Shown piece after piece: positions 59,356-64,000 of a stretch of DNA of 64,000 nt. The notes under the pieces are model-generated. The model was given only the letters and a program-made list of their open reading frames with translations, made no database searches and had not been told where the DNA came from. How positions within the stretch are numbered: position 1 is the first letter of the stretch; each line of letters opens with the position of its first letter. The position numbers and the translations under genes are program-made. Origin of the DNA: an uncultured delta proteobacterium (GTDB taxonomy: Bacteria; Desulfobacterota; Binatia; Binatales; Binataceae); contig CAWCDG010000004.1 in assembly GCA_963794325.1 (NCBI GenBank), positions 1,728,001 through 1,792,000 on the forward strand, in the 5' to 3' direction.

Positions 59356-59964
59356 GTGATCACTGAAACTCTCCTCATCGTAGCCGCCTACCTAATTGGC
59401 TCAATTCCGACCGGCGTAATCGTCGGACGCATCCGCGGCTTCGATCCCCGCGCCGTGGGTTCCGGCAATATCGGGGCGTCCAACGTGGCGCGCGCCGGCG
59501 GCTCGAGCGCGGCGGTCATGACCCTGACAGGCGACGCCCTCAAAGGCGCGATTCCCGTGATCATCGCTCGCAGTGCGGGGTTTCCCGCCGCGACTATCGC
59601 GTGGGTCGGGCTCGCCGCGTTCATCGGTGCGATCTGTTCCGTGTTCCTTTTCTTTCAAGGCGGCAAAGGCCTGGCTTGCGGGCTGGGCATCTGGCTCGCG
59701 ATCTCGCCGCTGGCGCTTGTGGTCTCACTCGCGGTCTTCGCGGTGGTCTTTGCGATCAGCCGAATCACGTCGGTGGCGTCGATGGGCGCCGCGATCGCGC
59801 TGCCGCCCACCGTCGCGATTCTCGGATTGCCCCATCATTACTTGCTGCTCGCGATCCTGATGACGGCGCTCGCGCTGTTTCGCCATCGCGAGAATATCCA
59901 GCGCCTGTCGCGTGGCGAGGAGCCCCGCTTTCAGCCCAAGCGCAGCGCCAGTGCTGGATCCTAG
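59356..59964 (+). CDS. plsY: Glycerol-3-phosphate acyltransferase
   Basis: YLIGSIP, GSGNIGASN, DALKG, FQGGKG, RHRENIQRL..GEE. Confidence 0.93.
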   Translation: MITETLLIVAAYLIGSIPTGVIVGRIRGFDPRAVGSGNIGASNVARAGGSSAAVMTLTGDALKGAIPVIIARSAGFPAATIAWVGLAAFIGAICSVFLFFQGGKGLACGLGIWLAISPLALVVSLAVFAVVFAISRITSVASMGAAIALPPTVAILGLPHHYLLLAILMTALALFRHRENIQRLSRGEEPRFQPKRSASAGS

Positions 59965-60070
59965 CAGGGTGCCTGCCGATTAATCGGACGCCCGTCAGTT
60001 AAGCATCCCGCAGGGCTACCCTGAAAAAGATTGTGACGCTGCAATGCGCATCGCAACCATCAGTGCCCGT

Positions 60071-60085
60071 TGGCACCGCGTTTGC
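60071..60085 (+). promoter_or_regulatory. Putative sigma-54 (-24/-12) promoter
   Basis: TGGCAC-N5-TTGC with canonical spacing, upstream of the SnoaL-like gene and glnB. Confidence 0.6.
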
Positions 60086-60166
60086 GTTACCGCTTGCGCC
60101 GGATGTTGCCGCGATCCCGCTGGATGGACTAGGAATCATCTATGTAGCAATCGAGGAGACAGCCTT

Positions 60167-60565
60167 ATGACAACAGCGGAGAAAAAGGAACTAGCCAAAG
60201 AATTTCTCAGTGAGTTCGAAAACCCCGATCCAGTGCGTCTCGCCACGATGGCCGCTAGCGACTTCGAGTGGAAGGTCATGACCCGGATGCCCGGTATGCC
60301 CCCGGCTAAGGGTCACGAGGGACTCAAGACCCTCGCTAAGGGGATCAAGACCATGATGCCGGGCGGGCTCGGCCTCAGAATCGATACGATCATTTGCGAG
60401 GGCGACCGATGCGCGGTGCAGGCGGAATCGAACACCACTGCAGCCAACGGCAGGAAATACAACAATCGCTACCACTTCGACATCCGCTTCGACGGCGACA
60501 AGATTGCCGAGGTGCGCGAGTATTGCGACACCAATCATGCGCGGGAGGTTTTCTTCAGCAAGTAG
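60167..60565 (+). CDS. SnoaL/NTF2-like protein
   Basis: CEGDRCAVQAES..NGRKYNNRYHF..I.EVREYCDT; RBS GAGGAG. Confidence 0.85.
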   Translation: MTTAEKKELAKEFLSEFENPDPVRLATMAASDFEWKVMTRMPGMPPAKGHEGLKTLAKGIKTMMPGGLGLRIDTIICEGDRCAVQAESNTTAANGRKYNNRYHFDIRFDGDKIAEVREYCDTNHAREVFFSK

Positions 60566-60676
60566 GCGCCAGTGAAAACGCGGGAACCATCGCGACGCGC
60601 CTGCGAAACGAGGGTCTTGAACCTTCTCCGTCTTGGGAGAATGGTTATTGGGAATGGAGGCGGGGGCCGGCATTAG

Positions 60677-61054
<378 letters not shown>

Positions 61055-61137
61055 CAATTTGTTTCCCTTGCCGTACGGGGGTCGCTTAAATTACTTTCGC
61101 GAAAGCCGCGCTGCGCGGATTTCGCGTCTTCTTCTTT

Positions 61138-61164
61138 CACTGGGTGCAGGGGTCACCCCTGCCG
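61138..61164 (-). repeat. Partial family F1 repeat, reverse orientation
   Basis: Reverse complement CGGCAGGGGTGACCCCTGCACCCAGTG. Confidence 0.8.
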
Positions 61165-61180
61165 CCCACCGCGCAGGTGA

Positions 61181-62404
61181 TTATTTTCCGTCCTTCCGGA
61201 TGCCGCGGCCGAAGTCCCATTTGTGCCCCTTCTTGAACTCGCTGACGATTCGCCGCGACACCACCATCCGATGCACTTCGTCGGGCCCGTCGTAGATTCG
61301 TGCGAAGCGCGCGTGACGATACATCCGGGCGAGCGGAGTATCCTCCGACACGCCCATCGCGCCATGCACCTGGATCGCGCGATCGATCACGTCGTGGAGC
61401 ACCTTCGCGCCAAAGAACTTGATCAGTGATATCTCGACGCGCGCCTCGTCGCCGGCGTCGATCTTCGCCGCGGCGTTGAGCGTGAGCAATCGCGCGGCCT
61501 GGATTTCTGCGGCCGAGTCGGCAATCCAGTTCTGAATCGTCTGCTTGTCGGACAGCGGGCCGCCGAACGCCTGGCGATTGATCGCCCGATCCACCATCAG
61601 CTCGAACGCGCGCTGCGCCTGCCCCAGCCATCGCATGCAATGGTAGATGCGCCCCGGTCCGAGCCGCTTCTGCGCTATCGTGAACGCCTGTCCGCGCGGC
61701 CCGAGCAGGTTGGTCAGCGGCACGCGCACATCGGTGTATTTGATCTCGCAATGCCCGCCCGACGTCTCGCCCATCACGGGCACGATGCGCACGATGTGAT
61801 AGCCCTTGGTGTCGGTCGGCACGACTATCATGCTGAAGCGCTCATGCGCCGGCGCGTCGGGCTCCGTCACGCACATCACGGTCGAGAACGCGGCGACGTT
61901 GGCGCCGCTGGTGAACCATTTGTGGCCGTTGATTACCCATTCGTCGCCGTCCTGCACCGCGCGCGTGCGCAGTCCGGTCGGATCGGCGCCGGAGACCTCG
62001 GGTTCGGTCATCGAGAAGCTCGGATAGATGTCGCCGTTGACCAGCGGCGCGAGCCATCGCTTTTTCTGTTCGGGATTTCCGTACAGGTGCAGCATGGTCG
62101 CGTCCTGGGCAGAATGCGTACCGAGGCCGGCGATCGCATACTCGCTGCGCCCGACGATTTCATTGACGAAGACGTAGGGCATGAACTCGAGTCCGCCTCC
62201 GCCGATTTCCTTCGGCAGCCCAAGCGCCCATAGCCCGCGCTTTTTCGCCTCCGCCTGAATCGCCTTGAAAGTGCGCGACGCTTCCTCACCGCCGCTCTCG
62301 AGAATTTTTTCGTTAGGATAGATCAGCTCGCCAAGAAAATTGGAGACGCGATTGCGCAAATCCTGCACTTCCGGACTCGCTTCGATTTCAGCAACACTTT
62401 GCAT
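61181..62404 (-). CDS. Acyl-CoA dehydrogenase
   Basis: FSMTEPE, INGHKWFTSGA, AQKRLGPGRIYHCMR, AIQVHGAMG, RIYDGPDEVH. Confidence 0.92.
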   Translation of the reverse strand: MQSVAEIEASPEVQDLRNRVSNFLGELIYPNEKILESGGEEASRTFKAIQAEAKKRGLWALGLPKEIGGGGLEFMPYVFVNEIVGRSEYAIAGLGTHSAQDATMLHLYGNPEQKKRWLAPLVNGDIYPSFSMTEPEVSGADPTGLRTRAVQDGDEWVINGHKWFTSGANVAAFSTVMCVTEPDAPAHERFSMIVVPTDTKGYHIVRIVPVMGETSGGHCEIKYTDVRVPLTNLLGPRGQAFTIAQKRLGPGRIYHCMRWLGQAQRAFELMVDRAINRQAFGGPLSDKQTIQNWIADSAAEIQAARLLTLNAAAKIDAGDEARVEISLIKFFGAKVLHDVIDRAIQVHGAMGVSEDTPLARMYRHARFARIYDGPDEVHRMVVSRRIVSEFKKGHKWDFGRGIRKDGK

Positions 62405-62481
62405 GGCAGTTCTCCTCAGCGCACCTCGCGCGAATTTCCGAAATTGAAAATTCGCGCAAACGCCCGGTCGCTGCAAGAGCA

Positions 62482-62901
62482 TCAAGTGCTCCAGCGCCAT
62501 TGCGCGAGCAGAGCCCCTATCGCGAGGACGGAGCCAATCGAGCCGGCCGAAATCAACGTCACGGCGGCATTCTCCTGCCATGGCTTTGCAACCAGGCCGG
62601 CGCCGGCGATTGGTATGGATTTGCCGGTTCCAAAAACCGCGCCGACCACGAGGCCGATCCACAATACGTACAGCGAAATCCACATCGTATGCCCGATCAA
62701 GCTCGCCCATCCGACAGAAATCCTCAGATGTAGCAGCAGCAGGCCAAACGCGATAAGCCCAAGGCCGCTCTCGATCGCGTCAAGATGCGCGGAGACGCCG
62801 ATGCGGGGGCTGCGGAATTTGGGAATGCCAACTCCGGTGAGCAGGCCGAGCAGAAACAGTAGCGCGCCCATGAAACTCAGGGTCGATGAAATCGCTTCCA
62901 T
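62482..62901 (-). CDS. Styrene-oxide isomerase (StyC)-like small membrane protein
   Basis: LFLLGLLTG..PRIGVSAHL..; four TM segments; RBS GAGGAG. Confidence 0.55.
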   Translation of the reverse strand: MEAISSTLSFMGALLFLLGLLTGVGIPKFRSPRIGVSAHLDAIESGLGLIAFGLLLLHLRISVGWASLIGHTMWISLYVLWIGLVVGAVFGTGKSIPIAGAGLVAKPWQENAAVTLISAGSIGSVLAIGALLAQWRWST

Positions 62902-62916
62902 TGGCTCCTCCAATAT

Positions 62917-62964
62917 TACAGACTTACGGTCGGTATATTGAATACTTATCGACCGTGAGTCGGT
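62917..62964. promoter_or_regulatory. Paired TetR-type operators in the divergent promoter
   Basis: ACAGACTTACGGTCGGT (reverse complement ACCGACCGTAAGTCTGT) and ATCGACCGTGAGTCGGT, both imperfect palindromes. Confidence 0.6.
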
Positions 62965-62988
62965 TTGTCAACGGCAGAAGGAAAAATC

Positions 62989-63579
62989 ATGGTTACCCAG
63001 GCTGAACGACGTTCGACAACCATCCGGGCCATTCTTGATGCCGCCAGGCGTTTGTTCATTTCGCGTGGATTCGAGCAGACCAGTGTCGACGAGATTGCCG
63101 CGCTGGCGCAGGTCGCCAAAGGCGCCGTCTACCATCATTTCGCTTCCAAGGAATTGATTTTTGCCCAGGTCTTCGAGGAGATGACGGCCGAGCTCGCGAC
63201 GCTCGTGCCACCGGCCGCGCGGGCGGGCAAGGACGTACTCGACATTATCCGGCGCGGCACGCTGAAGTACCTAACCTTGATCGCGGGCGACAAATTTCGC
63301 CAGGTGCTGCTGATCGATGGTCCGAAAGTGCTTGGATGGGAACATTGGCGCGCGATCGACGCGCGTTACTTCGGCGGGACGATGAACACGCCGCTTGGTG
63401 CGGTGCTGAAGCAGCGCGCCTCAGCTCGCGAGATCGAAGCGCTGGGCCATCTGATCGCCGGCGCGATCAGCGAGGCAGCCCTGGTTTGCGCAGCCTCCAA
63501 CCACCGCGTCCGCGCCGCGAAAGACCTGAGCGCCGCTTTGCAAAAGATGCTGGCGCCGTTCTTCAGTCGGCAGCCCTGA
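62989..63579 (+). CDS. TetR/AcrR-family transcriptional regulator
   Basis: ILDAARRLF..GFEQTSVDEIA..VAKGAVYHHFASKE. Confidence 0.92.
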   Translation: MVTQAERRSTTIRAILDAARRLFISRGFEQTSVDEIAALAQVAKGAVYHHFASKELIFAQVFEEMTAELATLVPPAARAGKDVLDIIRRGTLKYLTLIAGDKFRQVLLIDGPKVLGWEHWRAIDARYFGGTMNTPLGAVLKQRASAREIEALGHLIAGAISEAALVCAASNHRVRAAKDLSAALQKMLAPFFSRQP

Positions 63580-63632
63580 CAGAAATCCGGTGGGCTGCGA
63601 TCGAGCAGTGTGATACGAACCAGTAAGTGTCT

Positions 63633-63663
63633 TGTGTCATTCTAGAGCGAAGCGAAGAATCCC
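63633..63663. repeat. GTCATTC-type palindromic repeat (half)
   Basis: TGTGTCATTCTAGAGCGAAGCGAAGAATCCC. Confidence 0.65.
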
Positions 63664-63733
63664 GGTGCTGTGCCCGCCGCCTACGAGCGCCTGTAACGAC
63701 AACGCTCCTTCGACGCCGAAGGAGAAGGTGGCA

Positions 63734-63970
63734 ATGAAATGCATGGTGTGTAAGCACGGCGAGACGCAGCCCGGCAAAACCACAGTGACGCTCGAGCGGG
63801 GCGGTGTGACTTCGGTGGTCAAAAGCGTTCCCGCACAAGTCTGCGACAATTGCGGCGAGGCCTATGTCGACCAGCACCTTACCGGTCAGCTTTTGGGGAC
63901 GGTCGACGAGGCACTTCGGGCTGGAATCCAAGTCGACGTCCGCGAATTTGCGGCGACCAACAAAGCTTAG
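63734..63970 (+). CDS. YgiT-type zinc finger (MqsA-like antitoxin) protein
   Basis: MKCMVCKHGET..VPAQVCDNCGEAY. Confidence 0.85.
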   Translation: MKCMVCKHGETQPGKTTVTLERGGVTSVVKSVPAQVCDNCGEAYVDQHLTGQLLGTVDEALRAGIQVDVREFAATNKA

Positions 63971-63984
63971 AAAGGAAAAATGAA

Positions 63985-64000
63985 ATGATCGATCTTTACA
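63985..64000 (+). CDS. Probable glutathione S-transferase, N-terminus only (window edge)
   Basis: AGGA upstream; MIDLY start typical of YfcG-like GSTs; only five full codons visible. Confidence 0.35.

Overview
GC-rich bacterial chromosomal window. The taxon is inferred to be Deltaproteobacteria-like, possibly Ca. Binatia, and this is unverified. Scattered single-base frameshifts hit even essential genes such as ileS, which points to long-read indel errors. The core backbone comprises rplS (3' end), a bactofilin, a peptide ABC transporter (oppABCDF-like), TPR and DUF4292-like lipoproteins, comM, ileS-lspA, aroC-aroK-aroB, priA-def-fmt-rsmB, rlpA, rpe, tRNA-Pro(CGG), plsY and glnB. The opp operon is split by about 12.5 kb (2.46-15.0 kb) of accessory DNA. 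This block holds a beta-propeller/DsbA/1021-aa Cys-rich repeat protein cassette bounded by a 69-bp direct repeat, and a SEC-C/nuclease-like gene inside mirror-symmetric REP-like arrays. It also holds a cargo-carrying IS1595 element (unknown 281-aa protein plus PIN nuclease) flanked by an unusually long 28-bp direct repeat, directly beside two perfect parS-like palindromes. At 26.8-34.6 kb there are two ECF sigma/anti-sigma modules. For one of them, three promoters of identical architecture (TGTAAACGAW-N14-CGTC) can be read from the sequence, outlining a local regulon of uncharacterised secreted repeat proteins. At least five families of palindromic intergenic repeats are present, and one copy is embedded in-frame in a gene. 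No CRISPR array or rRNA gene was seen.
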